From: Eledone cirrhosa
Taxonomy: Eukaryota
Direction: 5' to 3'
NCBI GenBank assembly: GCA_964016885.1
Contig: OZ024741.1
Span: 357,368,001-357,432,000 of the forward strand
Length of the DNA: 64,000 bases
A model generated the notes under the pieces. It was not told the origin of the DNA. It made no database searches and worked only from the letters and a program-made list of their open reading frames with translations. Position 1 is the stretch's first letter. The number at the start of each line of letters is the position of its first letter. Positions 12,582 through 26,082 of this stretch are shown piece by piece. Made by a program: the position numbers and the translations under genes.

Positions 12582-12973
12582 CAAGTAAGTATGTTTTGAA
12601 ACAGTCAGCAGGTTTGAAATTAGAAAATAGAATAGCTTTCACCGTATTTTTGACTAAAGGAATTTTAGCCTGATAATGGGGTTTAGAACCCTCAGATAAA
12701 TAGAAAGCTATTCTATTTTCTAATTTCAATCCTGCTCACTGTTTCAAAACATACTTACTTGCCATTTAAAACTCGCTAAGAATGTAGCTTCTAATTTGAA
12801 TGGAAAGAGATGGGTGATGTGTTGGTGTAATGGTAGCACAGTGGTCGCGATAACCAAAGATGTGGGTTCGACTCCCATGTACGTCAATACTCATCTTTTT
12901 CCATTCATATGAGGGTTCTAAACTCCATTATCAGGCTAAAATTCCTTTAGTCAAAAATACGGTGAAAGCTATT
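12582..12973. mobile_element. TA-flanked element: 261-bp monomer (12703-12963) preceded by an inverted copy of its end-to-start junction
   Basis: 12582-12640 = revcomp of 12703-12761; 12631-12694 = revcomp of 12910-12973; terminal direct repeat gaaagctatt. Confidence 0.75.
12816..12886 (+). tRNA. tRNA-like sequence (pseudo-tRNA, identity uncertain; D-arm resembles tRNA-Gln)
   Basis: 71 nt; acceptor gatgtgt/gtacgtc, box A tggtgtaatgg, anticodon arm tggt-cgcgata-acca (no U33), T-arm gtggg-ttcgact-cccat; T5 terminator at 12896-12900. Confidence 0.65.
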
Positions 12974-13222
12974 ATATATATATACATATATAAATAAAAT
13001 CAGAATTTTATTTCTCACCCTAGCATGTGTGCATACTTACATCATCATCATCATCATCATCGTTTAACGTCCATATTTCACGCTAGCATGGGTTAAACGG
13101 TTTTGTTCCATTTGATGCGGGAATGGTTGGGAGACCATGTCTCGCTCTCACGGAAGTGTCTCTGGAAGGTTTTTTTTACAGCTGGACGCCCTTCCTAACA
13201 CCAACCACATTTACAGCGTGGA

Positions 13223-13276
<54 letters not shown>

Positions 13277-13297
13277 CATATATATATATACATATAT

Positions 13298-13531
13298 ATA
13301 ATAGAAAAACATTAGGAAGTTTCATTTACATATAAAAAATATGCACATTTCGCAGAGGATTGGCTCAAGGTAACCCAGAGGAGTTATGGGCCCGACTACA
13401 GTATCGATTTGCTTGTAAATATTCTTTTATATGTAAATGAAACTTCCTTGTTTTTTTTTCTATTATATACACTCTGCCTGTGCATAGAGTGCTTGAATTG
13501 GTATCAACACCAATAATTCACTGTACTACCT

Positions 13532-13535
<4 letters not shown>
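13298..13535 (+). mobile_element. Fold-back PLE-type pLTR element in (TA)n
   Basis: Arms ~13298-13342 / 13419-13468; minus-strand GAAA-TGTGCA-TA hammerhead remnant; tail cactct-gcctgtgcat-agagtgct...cctaca then (TA)n. Confidence 0.62.
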
Positions 13536-13586
<51 letters not shown>

Positions 13587-14916
13587 GTGATGATGATGAT
13601 GATGATGCAGGATGGTTAGTCATTGAGGAAATACTAACATAGGATCCTTCTATTTCTGTCTGCAAATATATCTTATATATAGACGAGATGTATACATCGC
13701 TCTATACATATTATGTTGTCTAAAATCTATAGATTATATTCTGTAGTACATTATAGCATTGTCTTTGTCACAGACAAAATTCACAGCTGATGGAAGAATA
13801 GTTTGTTAGTTGGTCTAGGCTCTTGTCCAATTTAAGGCAACAAAATCCCTTTTCCTAATTACATTGAACTCATTTTAACCCTATAGCATTTAAACTAGCT
13901 GTATCTGGCCAGAATTTTCTCACTTCTTTCTGTTCAAACTGGCCATAACCAGCCACTCATACTTATGTTAAGGTATTGTTCTCAAAATAAATAATATCAA
14001 AATCTCATAGATTCAAATGAAGTGTTTACCATCAAAATACAGTAGTAAATGTAGAGTAATGTAAATGCTAAAGGCAGAAAAAGAACAGTGGAAGAATAGT
14101 TTGTTAATTTTTAGGGTCTTGTCTAGACCACACAGTCCCTTTTCCTAATTACATTGTATCTCATTTTAGAGCAGAAAAGGGGCAGTTGACTGGCAGAAAC
14201 TTACTGTGCTAGACTAAATTACCCTTTAGTGGTTAAGATTGTTTTGGGAAAGCCGATATAATGGGAATTAGAAATACAGGAGTCAAAACCAGAGAAAAGT
14301 AAGACAAACAAAGCAAACTTTCTTTTGTTAAACCCCGAAATAAGAAAAAGAAGGTAATAGTGTAAACTGTTGTTTTCTTTGTTTTACTTTATTCTGATTA
14401 ATATTCTCACCAGTATTTCTAAGTTGCATTGTAACTGTGATCCAATTAAAGATCTTTGACTTAGATAATAAATGGCAAAGAAACAAAACCAAGCAATTGA
14501 TAAATGAAGTTGAAGTCCAGTTAAAACAAAGAACAAAAACACAGACATGTTTACATTGAATCTCAAAGATGACCAAAGACCATATTGGTCAAACTGTCAT
14601 TAATGGTGATGAGGATTACAAAGAATATTTTCTTATAAACAATAATGCCATCCTTTTTTGACCAGTTATTGTCTTTCTTATTAGTAGATGGTCATGGGGT
14701 ATTGGTGGTATTGTTGGTGTGGGGGTGGGGATTAATGGTGGTAGTAATAGTACTTGTTTTCAGGCAGAGTTTATCTTATACTACATTATCAAATGTATCT
14801 TCCTTCTCAATTTTATGATGACTAAATGGAATGATTTGATTGAAATTCGGTAGCTTTTTCTAGCTGATTAAACAACCAGTATAAGTGTCTCAATATATTG
14901 CCAAATTTGGTGTAGA

Positions 14917-15700
14917 CAAGGGCTTCCCGACATTTTTTGTGTAATTACCCACTTTCACATGCTAAAATTTTCCACTACCCACATTTATAGTAAATATCTA
15001 AAAGCATAAATTCAAGAAGCACAGATTTCCTGACAATAAAAAGTATAACTATAATAAAAAGTCAGATTACAAACCAGCAACAAACTGTTACCAATTTTTT
15101 TAACTTTTACAAAACAAAAAAAATGAAAATTTTTGCACTACAGGATTCTTTATTGAAAATAATGTAAAAAGTAGTAACATAAATATCTTAGCACACACAT
15201 ACCTTTTTTTTTATATCATCAATGTGATCCCTGTGTCTGGTGCAACACAGCTAGTGCAAACACATTGGGTTTAGAATTTGTCATCTTTAACTGCAAGTCA
15301 CCTCACTTGGTTAAATATAGTCTACTTTTACTTCAGATAATACAGTATTAACATGGCTGAAGTTAGCTTTTACTAAGTGGCATGTTGGGAAGGCAAGCAA
15401 AATCTACTTTAAGTGTTTCCATAGATTGGGATAAGAAGTCATAATTCTTTAACAATACCACAAGCCATGTTTACCGTGAAGCCGATACTGCATTGTGGCA
15501 TCATTAGGATTTTTTTCCTGACTTTGTCTTAAAATTCCACTAAGCATATAGTATCTCTATTTGAAACTGTTATTACCTAAGAAGATTTCTGAAGACAGCT
15601 TTCATGGGAAACTTTTGACAGAGATTTCAATTCAATTAAATCCAGTTTATTGTGAGGTAAACAGAGCTAATATCAAACAGAATACATTTCATCAATGTTT
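14917..15700 (-). mobile_element. Degenerate hAT (Buster/Charlie-like) transposon remnant
   Basis: Minus-strand ILLAFPTCHLVKANFSHVN...KPNVFALAVLHQTQGSH* matches the hAT C-terminal dimerisation region; TIR-like caagggcttccc at 14917. Confidence 0.6.
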
Positions 15701-17870
15701 GCGTATTATGGGGAGTGAAAGAGAAAGAGAAAAAGATTTAATAGTGAAAGTAATGAAAGTGGGGGAAGGAGCATTAGGCTCTGCATCCCATCTAGGTGGG
15801 ATGTCACACCTGTGCTCTCAGACAAAATGGTGAAGGCATTATCATGAAGAACAGCCAGTGACACTTGTTTCATCAACCACATTACCTCAAAGGGCTCCTT
15901 CCTCAGGCGAGATTCACTCCTTCTAATTTTGTGGAGGAAAATGGCAGTTCAGAGTCCAAGGATACCAGAGGTCTGAATGGCAACCAGCATGAAAAGGAAA
16001 CAGTTGGTCAAGTCTTGGTATTTGGTTATCTTCTTCTCCTCTGTGTTATGAGCAGCAATGGCTGGGTTTGTGACCAAAACAACATGGCTGGAGGCGGAGA
16101 ACCTGTTACAGCAATTGAATGTAAACACAATGAAAACAAAACTAGACTGAAATTGCATGATCAACAGTAAAATATACAAGCAGTAATAAAAATCAATACT
16201 GTATAATCAAGTAACAAAAATAACATACAACAAACAGTTCACATACAATACAATTAGCAAACATTCCAGTATGTGACAGAAAAGTTAATATTTATAGTAT
16301 ATTTGTATGCTTAAAAAATATTTAGTCTTGCTGTAGAATAATAATAACCTGCAAATATTTATTTTCCGCCAGTTGTGTGTCCAGGAATAGAATTAACAGC
16401 TTTAGGAAACCCTAGTTGCTCATCAAGCTTACATGATTGACTGAAGGTAGTGTCATCATCATCATCAACATCACTTTCTTGCTAGCAAAGGTTGAACAGG
16501 TCTTCACAGACTGAGTCGGTACTCAGATGGAGATACTGATTTCACAGAGGAATTGGGCAGCTGTATGTTGCTTACATACATTCCTGCACTATGTTGAATG
16601 TTCAGATGGGTCATGGTCTCGCATTGTGCTTACATATGTTCCTGCACTATACTGAGTACATTTTATCATGGTACCAACATTAGAGAGGTTGTCATGTCTT
16701 CAACACAACTGAAGAATCCTTCATTTGGAAAGCTTTCTATGGCTGGATGCCCTTCTTATCACCAACCACTTTACAAAGTGCACTGGGTGTAGATCCTATT
16801 GTACAGTCATATGGGATTAAAGTATTTTATAATCATATAAATATGTTATAAAACATTACATAGACTTTCACATACAAGAACTGTTCGATAACCATGCTAT
16901 ATGACAATACTATTAATTTGAAGACAATGTATCCAGTACACTCTGCAAAGTAGTTGGTGAGAGGAAGAGCAACTGGCTGCAGAATCCATGCTAAAACCAG
17001 AACATATGTAAGTGAAATGTACCCCAAGTTTGCAAGGACAGTAACTCTTATTAAATAATTGTTTCTACGTTAGGCACAAGGCCAGCAATTACCCAGTGTA
17101 TTACTGGTACTTTATTTTATCGACCCCGTAAGGATGAAAGGCAAAGTCAACCTCGGCAGGATTTGAACTCAGATCGTAAAGGGACGTAACTATGTTGGAA
17201 AACATGGTGTCCGACCCTCTACCGATACTTATTAAATAATGACTTGGTTTGTGATGACCTGTCCAACCTATGCCAGATGTTGAATGATAACAGTGATGAG
17301 GATATACATGAGTGCATATAACATAGTATGTAATTTCTAACTGAAGTAATTTCCCTGTATTTTACAGTATGATGGGCTTAAAGAAGGCACAATCATGTCA
17401 GAGATGTCCACTCCTTTATACACCTGAGATCTGTAACTAAATCAATACCTATCATGTTTGTGGCAAACAAGGATATAAAGTAGAACTTAATACTTTTGGC
17501 CTCAACCTATCTGAAACCATCCCTGGTTCAATGAAACAAACCTGTTTACTTTGAAGAATTTATTTCTATGTAAGAAAACTTCCATCATAATTTTAAGAAG
17601 CTTTGTTAACTCCTAACATCCTGTACCAGATGAGACCACATTAGCAAAACATTCTTAAAAAGTACAAAAAAAGTACTATGACTACATCACATTAACAATT
17701 AAAGCCTTTACATTAATGCTGCCAACAACATGTAAAAATAAACAGTATAGTAAAGATACTATAAATATTTGAATTGACAAATGTGTCAGATATTTGCTGC
17801 TAAATTATAACAGGATGTTAAGTGTTAAGTTATATTTCAAACTCCAGATAAATAATAAGAAAGTTAATTA

Positions 17871-17993
17871 CCATATTTCCTGGCGTCGAAGACACTACTT
17901 TTTTCTTAAGATAAGTCTCAAAAATCTACCATGCGTCCTGGAGGCCGAAGATTGTCCTTGAGGATGAAGCGTCTTCAGCACCGGGAAATATGG
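17871..17993. mobile_element. pogo/Tc1-mariner MITE
   Basis: TIRs ccatatttcctggcgtcgaagac / gtcttcagcaccgggaaatatgg with TA TSD. Confidence 0.75.
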
Positions 17994-18534
17994 TATATTA
18001 CTAAATCCTTCCAAATTCTTGATTATTTTCAAAATGATTTGAAAACTTAGGCTGTCTTTCATTAAAAATATGGTAACAAAAGGATCAATCTGTTACTTGG
18101 TTTTTCACTGCCACCTGGTCCTTAATGGCCTTTAGTGGAGTCCGCTCTGTTGCAGGCATTTGGACCAGTTCTCCAGTTTGAGAGGACCTTCATCGTTCCC
18201 AATTGTCTAGGAAGTCCTGAAAATGGCCACAGACACTGTTTTTTTCTCTCCTTGTATGTATGGACACATAACTCCTGTTGGAGTTGTTGGCTACTTTTGT
18301 GTTACATGGCATGTCTTGAGTATTTTAAGCCTGCCAGATCTGAACATAGCTGATTTTTTTTCCAGAGAAGGAGAAAAATAGTGAGAGAGAGATGAAGTGA
18401 GAAAGAAATATAGAGAAAGAATCAAATCTAGTACTGGACTGGTACTTCTTTTATTCACCTTGAAGAAATGTAAGGCAAAGGAGTGCAGAAAGCCAGAATG
18501 AATACCATAAACCATTTTATCTTATGTTCTAACC

Positions 18535-19007
18535 CAGAGGCTCTCAAACCTTTTTGGCTACCCCCCCCCCCCCCCTCACAGCCACGTAATACCCTCAGCA
18601 CCCCCACCCCTATTTCCAGAGAGACCTGCCTAAACGCAAATTGTAAATAACATATAATAAATAAAATCGTTAATTCATATATAATAAATAATATAATTGT
18701 TTCTACTTTTGGTACAAGGCCAGCAATTATCCCAGTGTATTACTGGTACTTTATTTTATCGACCCCGTAAGGATGAAAGGCAATGTTAACCTCGGCGGAA
18801 TTTGAACTCAGACCATAAAGGCCCTACCTATACTGCCAATCCATATGTATAAATAAATAATATATATTTTTTAGTTTACTATATTTATATATAATATGTA
18901 TCATTTGATATTTTATATCATCTCTATTGCTCCCTTAGGCCCCAGCACCCTCTTGGATTTTCTCAACTCCCTCTGTGGAGTGGTTTCGCTCATGTTGAGA
19001 ACCTCTG
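18535..19007. mobile_element. hAT-type MITE with a nested SINE
   Basis: TIRs cagaggctctcaa / ttgagaacctctg; degenerate 8-bp TSD ttctaacc / ctctaatg. Confidence 0.65.
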
Positions 19008-19540
19008 CTCTAATGACTTTGCCAATTCTTTGCCTTCTTCTCTCCTTGACTAAACAGTAAAAGAAAAAGTAAAAAGAAATCAAGCCTGTGACTTTCACTA
19101 TTTTAATTCTCAGTTGAACCCATTCCTCTTACATAAATATGGGTCTTGAAAAGGATATGATTGTCATACATTTTTATTCTCTTTATCTAAATAAATAGAT
19201 TAGACTTCATGCATGTGAAGAAAAAAAATGAATTATCTACTAAATCCACTACTATATAGTCAGAACTAACCTCTTAGTAAGTGGTGAACTTCTGTCAAAC
19301 TTTAGATAGTAAACAGACAAACTTACACATTTGTATAGATTATTTCACCTCTCCCATCCTTCCCTTCTCCCCTCTCTGCTGATATTCACGATGATAGTGA
19401 TGATGATTTATAATTTCAACCATACCTATGAAGAAAGATACACATACATACCCACATACACATACACATACATACCCACATACACATACACATACATACC
19501 CACATACACATTCATACCCACATACACATACACAAGTACC

Positions 19541-19579
<39 letters not shown>

Positions 19580-19644
19580 GGGCATGAATCGAGGTTGTAG
19601 CTGCAATATAGCAGTTACTAATTGAGTTGTTTGATATATATTTA

Positions 19645-19732
<88 letters not shown>

Positions 19733-19836
19733 GTGATAAATAGATATATAGATATAGATAGACAGGCAAACACATACAGACAGATTATTACAGACACAGA
19801 CTGATATGTATATATATATAAGAATATATGTATATG

Positions 19837-19893
<57 letters not shown>

Positions 19894-19951
19894 GAAGTAT
19901 TCATAACCTCTAACTGGATTACCTATAACGATATTTTGTTATCCCTTATAC

Positions 19952-19983
<32 letters not shown>

Positions 19984-20006
19984 GTATATGTATCTGTGTA
20001 TATATA

Positions 20007-20051
<45 letters not shown>

Positions 20052-20053
20052 AC

Positions 20054-20118
<65 letters not shown>

Positions 20119-20789
20119 GAGAGAGAGAGAAATTTGATGATTATTATTGTTTATGAGTTATTAGTGATGAGAGTGTGAAAGTGAAAGTAGCTGTCATCCG
20201 GTCATGGTGACAGCTTTTAGTCATTTCAGGTTTCTTTGATATCCTTTCTTCCATCAAATGAAGATTCAATTTGATCAGTCTTGCCTCGTTTCCCAAATGG
20301 ACATTAATTTAATTAATGCAAATGGAAGTGACATCTTAGGTGTTAAAGTGCCAAAAGGTGGTGTTAGACAGAAGTTTTGGAAAGAATTAATCAGGTCATA
20401 TCTGTAAAGAAATGCTGGGTCACAGCAAAAACAGTAACAACAGATATTTTAAGGCTATCTTCCCCTTCTAAAGCAGGGGCTAGCATTGCGCATGCTATGA
20501 TATACTACTCTACTTTCCCTATTCTCTGCATCCCACCTCATCCAACCCCTGGATTTCATTTCCTCCTCCATCATCTCTAGCCATGTTTTTCTTGGTCTTT
20601 CTCTTCCTCAACTTCCACATTCATTTCCATTATTTCTCTCACCCAGTCATTTTCATCCTTCCTCAATACCTGATACAACCAACTCATTTTAAGTTAAATT
20701 ATATCATAAATACCATCTTAATAATGAACCAATTAAAAGTTGTAATAAATCCCTCCAAATTCTTCATTACTTAATTGAAAAACAGAGTA

Positions 20790-21006
20790 CAGTGTGTTCG
20801 CTTTTTACGCGAAGATCTGTCTGTAAATGCGATGCGTAAAGCAAATTTGTGTAACCCAAATCTAATTTTCTGATAAATAAAAAAATTCAAAACTACATGT
20901 GTTATAACGAGTTATTTGTGCAAAGTGAATATTTAGTAATATTTTTTTCATGCCACATTAAAGTGAATTCGGATATTTCAAGTTTGTGTAAAAAGCTAAC
21001 AGACTA
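20790..21006. mobile_element. Tigger/pogo-like MITE
   Basis: ta-cagtgtgttcgctttttacgcgaa ... tttgtgtaaaaagctaacagacta-ta imperfect TIRs. Confidence 0.55.
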
Positions 21007-21040
21007 TATTTTGTTAGAAATATGGCTACAAAAGGTTTAA

Positions 21041-21261
21041 CCCTTTAGCATTTACATTACTCTATATTTACTATTGTATTTTCACAGTAAAGACTTTATT
21101 TCATATAAATATCTCACATAATATTGAATCTATCAGATTTTGATATTATTTATTTTGTGAACAATACCTTAAAATCTGTATGAGTGACCGGTTACGGCTG
21201 GTTTGAACAGAAAGAGGTGAGAGAATGCTGGCCGGATATGGCCAGTTTAAATGCTAAAGGG
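21041..21261. mobile_element. piggyBac-like (TTAA) MITE; other copies at ~9909-10107, 13879-14074 (inverted) and 32782-32989
   Basis: ttaa-ccctttagcattta ... taaatgctaaaggg-ttaa; internal sequence shared among four copies. Confidence 0.8.
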
Positions 21262-21785
21262 TTAAGATGGTTTCTTTGATTACTCAACTTTCTCAATTAC
21301 TTTATATATCATATATGTGTGTGCGTATGCACATAGGGATTGCTGAAAAGTTCCTGGCTTTGGGTAAAAGAAAATACAGAAGGATTAGTTAATTATATTT
21401 TATCCAACATATTCCTCTCTCAGATTCACATTATGGCTCAACCTGCAGTGTCCCAGAAAGCCTATCAGAGGAGAAAGAACACGTTTGAGTTATTTCCTTT
21501 CAATAATGAGGTTGTAATGACGGATCTGTTGAAGTTGTCATAGCTGAAAAGATTGTCATGTTGACATATTGACATATTTTCGTATTTCTGCATTGACAAT
21601 ACAAATATATTTATTGAAAACTGTTCATTACCCAAGCAAGCAATTATACAAATTGGCACACCAACAAATCTCAAAGGCCAGAAAGATATGCACTTATCGT
21701 AACAGTTGATAATGAAATCATAATTCAATACAAGTGTTCAGAGAGGATTGTAATCTTACATTTTATATTAACTATCAACTATATA

Positions 21786-22126
21786 ACATCATCATTACCA
21801 TTATTATTGTCATTATCAACATCATCATCATCATCATTATTATCATCATCATCATCATCATGTCATTAACAACATCATTATCGTCATCAACATCATCAAC
21901 ATCGGCATCATCATTATCATAATCATCATCATCAGCATCGTTATGTCAATATCAACATCATTATTGTCATCATCATCCTCATCATTATCATCATCATTAT
22001 CATCGTTATTATTGTCATCATCATCATCATCATCATCATCATTGTCGTTGTCATCATCATCATCATCATCATCATTATCATCATCATCATCATTATCATC
22101 ATCATCATCATTGTATCATTATCATT
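21786..22126. repeat. (CAT)n degenerate microsatellite; similar tracts at 27830-28110 and 60040-60325
   Basis: Direct inspection. Confidence 0.95.
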
Positions 22127-23771
22127 GATTGCATCCCCATTATTACATGCTGGTAGGTATTTGACAATATGACAGTCAGTCAAGTGCAATGTGGTATTTA
22201 GTTATTGTAGTGGGGTAATGTAAAATCCCTTACTTTGCTGGTCTTCCCTGAAAATACCACTGTTATCTAGTTGTGTAATCCACAAACCATACTCATCTCA
22301 AAACTCTGGTCAGAAATCCCAGGTTTCACACAAGCTCACAAACTCAGGACCACAATCTACAAATCTCCATGAATAAAGTGGTCCTGTTGTTTTGCCCTTT
22401 CACTCACATGATGTCACTGCTCCTATTACTTATGATGCACCACTCATAACCCCATAGTTATGTCTCTTCATCTTCCAAGTTCAAATCTAGATACTGTATA
22501 TGTGTGTGTGTGTGTGGGGGGGGGGTTAACTTTGCCTATCATCCTCCCAGAGTTTGTTTAAATAAGTATCTTTGGCGGTATGCAGTAAAACAAAAGACCT
22601 GTCTTCCCTTGCGCACAGACTCAAGCATACACCCACTAGGCACCTCTTAATCCACCATATCCACTTTGATACAATCCCTACACTACCCTCTCACTCCTGC
22701 CCACACCACCCTTACCCTGCAAAGTTATGTTGGTATCACAGTCACAGCAAATAGGAACAGTTATAGTTGGACGCTAATAAATATAAAGTATTATATCCCA
22801 TGTGAGCCATGAAGAAGGAATGTAGATTCTTGCAAGTAAAATAGAGTCATGTTAACAAGCGATTTGAATTATATTTGGAATTATATGTCTATCTGGAAGA
22901 ATTCGAATGACTGAATGAAACAAGGACAAAAATAATATTCATATGTATGTTTGTATATTTGTATGTTTGTATGTTTGTATGTGTGTGCATGTGTGCATGT
23001 GTATGTATGTGTGTGTGTACGCATGTATGTGTGTGATATGTGTGTGTGAATGTATGTATGTAAGTATGTATGTGTGTATGTAAATATGTATGTATGTTTG
23101 TATGTGTGGTGTGTGTATGTGTGTATGTAAGTATCTGAGTGTATGTATGTATACATATATGTATGTATGTATATTGTTTATGTAAATATATATGAAAAAC
23201 ATACAATAAATCATTTTAGATGTTTTTTACTCTTTTTTCTCTACTGATTTTGTGGTAGAAGCAACATTTTTAACATTCCATCTTCTGGTAATATCTTTGA
23301 TCCTTCTAAATTGTGTATGTGTGTGGTTTGGGTTTATACTGCCTTGTGATTTAGTCATCATAATTCAAATTACAATTATGGTATTGTTGTTGTTTTCTTC
23401 TATTTTTTCTATGTATTCTTCATTTTCGGAAGGTGTGTCGTTTCCAATCAGGAATCCTCAAAAACCCAGAATCCTTTGGCATATTCAAAATTACGGTTTC
23501 AAAACTAAATGTTATCTTAGAAATATTATGAAGAGATTACAAAGTTAACTATGTTGTTATTATTTTCTTCATAGTTTTTCTTTCAGATTTTATTCTTGCA
23601 TTTGATGTTTTATTTGATTTTTTTTATTATTTTGTTCATATATATATTAATTTATTTATATATGTGTGTGTATATATATTGTATATATATATATATTAGG
23701 TCACAATTTTGACCCCTTTTAAATTCTAGCGATATGGTAGTGCTTTTGTTTCATGTATGAATATAAATAAA

Positions 23772-23947
23772 TAATTGTTTCTACTTTAGGCACAAGGCCA
23801 GCAATTACCCAGTGCATTACTGGTACTTTATTTTATCGACCCCGTAAGGATGAAAGGCAAAGTCAACCTCGGCGGGATTTGAACTCAGATCGTAAAGGGA
23901 CGTAACTATGCTTGAAAGCATGGCGTCCGACCCTCTAACGTTACTGC
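23772..23947 (-). mobile_element. Young Meta-domain SINE copy
   Basis: Nearly identical to the copies at 57224-57412, 57677-57864 and 60327-60511. Confidence 0.85.
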
Positions 23948-24151
23948 ATAAATAATATAACATAATATAATATATATAAGTATATTTTAAATGTTATACA
24001 CTTAAAATGTATGTGCAACCTGTTAAGTGTATGAAATTTTAAATATACTAAATAAGCTCTCTTGCAATAGATTGAGCAATGTTTTTCTTGGCCTTTTATT
24101 TACAGATATCCTGCATATATATACATATATATATTTATGTATATATATATA

Positions 24152-24518
24152 TCCAGGGAGTGTAACAGGAAGTTACTGTAGGTTCACCCAGGTGGTAAGG
24201 TGTATAGTTAGACAGAGTGTAATATAATACTATAATAATACAAGGAGGATTTGTTAAGCCTTCATTACGTTTATTGATTGGAGACGCGTGCTTCACTATT
24301 GATCAGCTCAAGGTTTGATCTATATCAATCTGGCCCGACTCTAGAATCAAAAGCTCGTCAGACCTCTGCTGTTGTAATGTTGTCAGAGGGCTGATGAGCT
24401 GTTGATTCCAGAGGCAGGCCAGATCGATACAGATCGAACCTTGAGCTGATCAATAGCGGAACGCGCGTCTCCAATCAATAAACGTAATGAAGGCTTAAAT
24501 CGTCCTTGTATTATTATA
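24152..24518 (-). mobile_element. Fold-back PLE-type pLTR element with a hammerhead in each arm
   Basis: Arms 24231-24368 / 24384-24518 with a 15-nt loop; tail 24152-24230 on the minus strand contains tacactctg; (TA)n flanks. Confidence 0.8.
24388..24472 (+). ncRNA. Type I hammerhead ribozyme with long stem II, one core mutation; mirror copy at 24280-24364 on the minus strand
   Basis: ggg-CTGATGA-gctgttgatt...gatcaatagc-GGAA-cgcgcg-TC^tcc; mirror reads CTGACGA...GAAG-cacgcg-TC; the consensus of the two arms restores GAAA. Confidence 0.7.
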
Positions 24519-24519
24519 T

Positions 24520-24556
<37 letters not shown>

Positions 24557-24559
24557 GTA

Positions 24560-24990
24560 TATTTAATGGTAAGACTTTATTATAGACAATATTTCATTGT
24601 ATTTTTAATCACAATAATGTATGATGAAAGCGTATAAAGGGGAAACAATCGAGAATTAAGAGATTTTATAAATACATTACAAATCGTTTGAAATTCTTTC
24701 AGAATGAAAATATAAACAGAGCATATAAATAAATTTACAGTAGAATAACATAACAAATATGTTTTAAATATATACATAAATAACATTACAAATGCTCAGA
24801 TAACATAAATTGCTCGCGATTCATTCAGAAAGATATATTCTTTTTAATGTTACAATATTAAAGAAAATGTAAAGGAAGAGGTGAACAACCGAGTCAACAC
24901 CAGAGCAAAAGACAGCAACGTCGCGTTGCCTCTGGTGATGGCGAGGCTGATGCGCTGAAACAACCAAGCGCCCTCGCGAGATTCACCAAT
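24560..24990 (-). mobile_element. CRE-clade LINE 3' end
   Basis: REGAWLFQRISLAITRGNATLL; 3' region similar to 1780-2090 (cagaatgaaaatataaa). Confidence 0.65.
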
Positions 24991-25367
24991 ATAAACAAAC
25001 TTTGTTTTTGTTCTTAACATGGTGGATACCTAAGTGTATTCATGAGTGAATAACAATAATATTATAATAATATAATATTATTAATATTCAGTTTGTTTAC
25101 AAGTAAACAGCCTCATAAAACACCACAAACCGAATATTAATAATATTATGATATTATTATAATATGGATTAACAGTATCGGTAGAGGGTCGGATGCCATG
25201 CTTTGCATCAAAGAGTTACGGCCCTTTATGGTCTGAGTTCAAATCCCGTCGAGGTTAACTTTGCCTTTCATCCTTACGGGGCCGATAAAATAAAGTACCA
25301 GTAATGCACTGGGTAATTGCTGGCCTTGTGCCAAAAGTAGAAACAATTATAATATTATTGTTATTCA

Positions 25368-26082
25368 CTGCCAAGGGTGCATGCTGTCATCTCTTCTGTT
25401 CATTATTTACATGAATAGGATTGACATGTGCAGCCGGGTTGGAAGTGGTATCATGACTGGCAGGTGTATAATCAGTTGGCTAGAATTTGCAGAAGATATG
25501 GTGTTACTTAACTCGTCAGAAGGTGATCTCCGATTTGCACTTGATAGGTTTGATGCTGAGTGGTGCATGGCTGGAATGAAAATCAGAACTGCGCAAACTG
25601 AGACACTCATTCTCTCAAAGAACCCTGTACAGTGCACTTTACATGTGAATGGAGTTCCACTGAAGCAGGTAGAGAAGTTCAAGTATATTCAGTTTATGTT
25701 CATGAGTGATGGATGGCAGGAGGCTAAAATAAATGCAAAAATTGCAAGAGCTGATGCAGTAATGCGCCAGTTCCAGCATTCAGTAATCAGAAGAAGGGAG
25801 ATAGGCATAAAAGCCAAACTCGCTTTCTTCAATTCGGTATTCATGCCTACCCTTACCTATGGTTATTAATCTTGGGTAATGACCGAAAGAATACAATTGC
25901 AATACAAGCGGTCGAAATGGGGTACCTCTGAAGGGTCTCTTTTGGAGTAATGTTGCTCGATAGAGTGCATAGCTCAGAAATCAGAGAGTTACTCTAGGTA
26001 GAGGTGCTACTTCTCCAAATTGAGAGATCATAGCTCTGATACTATGGGCATGTGGTTAGAATGTCTCAGGAAAGAACCGCTT
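25368..26082 (+). mobile_element. Degenerate RTE-clade reverse transcriptase fragment
   Basis: QGCMLSSLLFIIYM...FAEDMVLL...LKQVEKFKY...MPTLTYG, then stops; YYGHVVRM near the end. Confidence 0.8.

Noticed and set aside
12816-12886. Functional tRNA gene
   Set aside because: Three G:U pairs in the acceptor stem, no U33, a short anticodon stem and a position inside a mobile insert; kept only as tRNA-like
16705-16742. ctgaagaatccttcatttggaaagctt as a hammerhead
   Set aside because: No stem I pairing, stem II overlaps the GAAA box, and it lies inside an RTE-tail SINE
19331-20178. YIYI, CVCV and THTH-type ORFs here and at 22.9 kb, 39.9-41.3 kb, 46 kb and 63 kb
   Set aside because: Dinucleotide microsatellites lack stop codons; no protein signal
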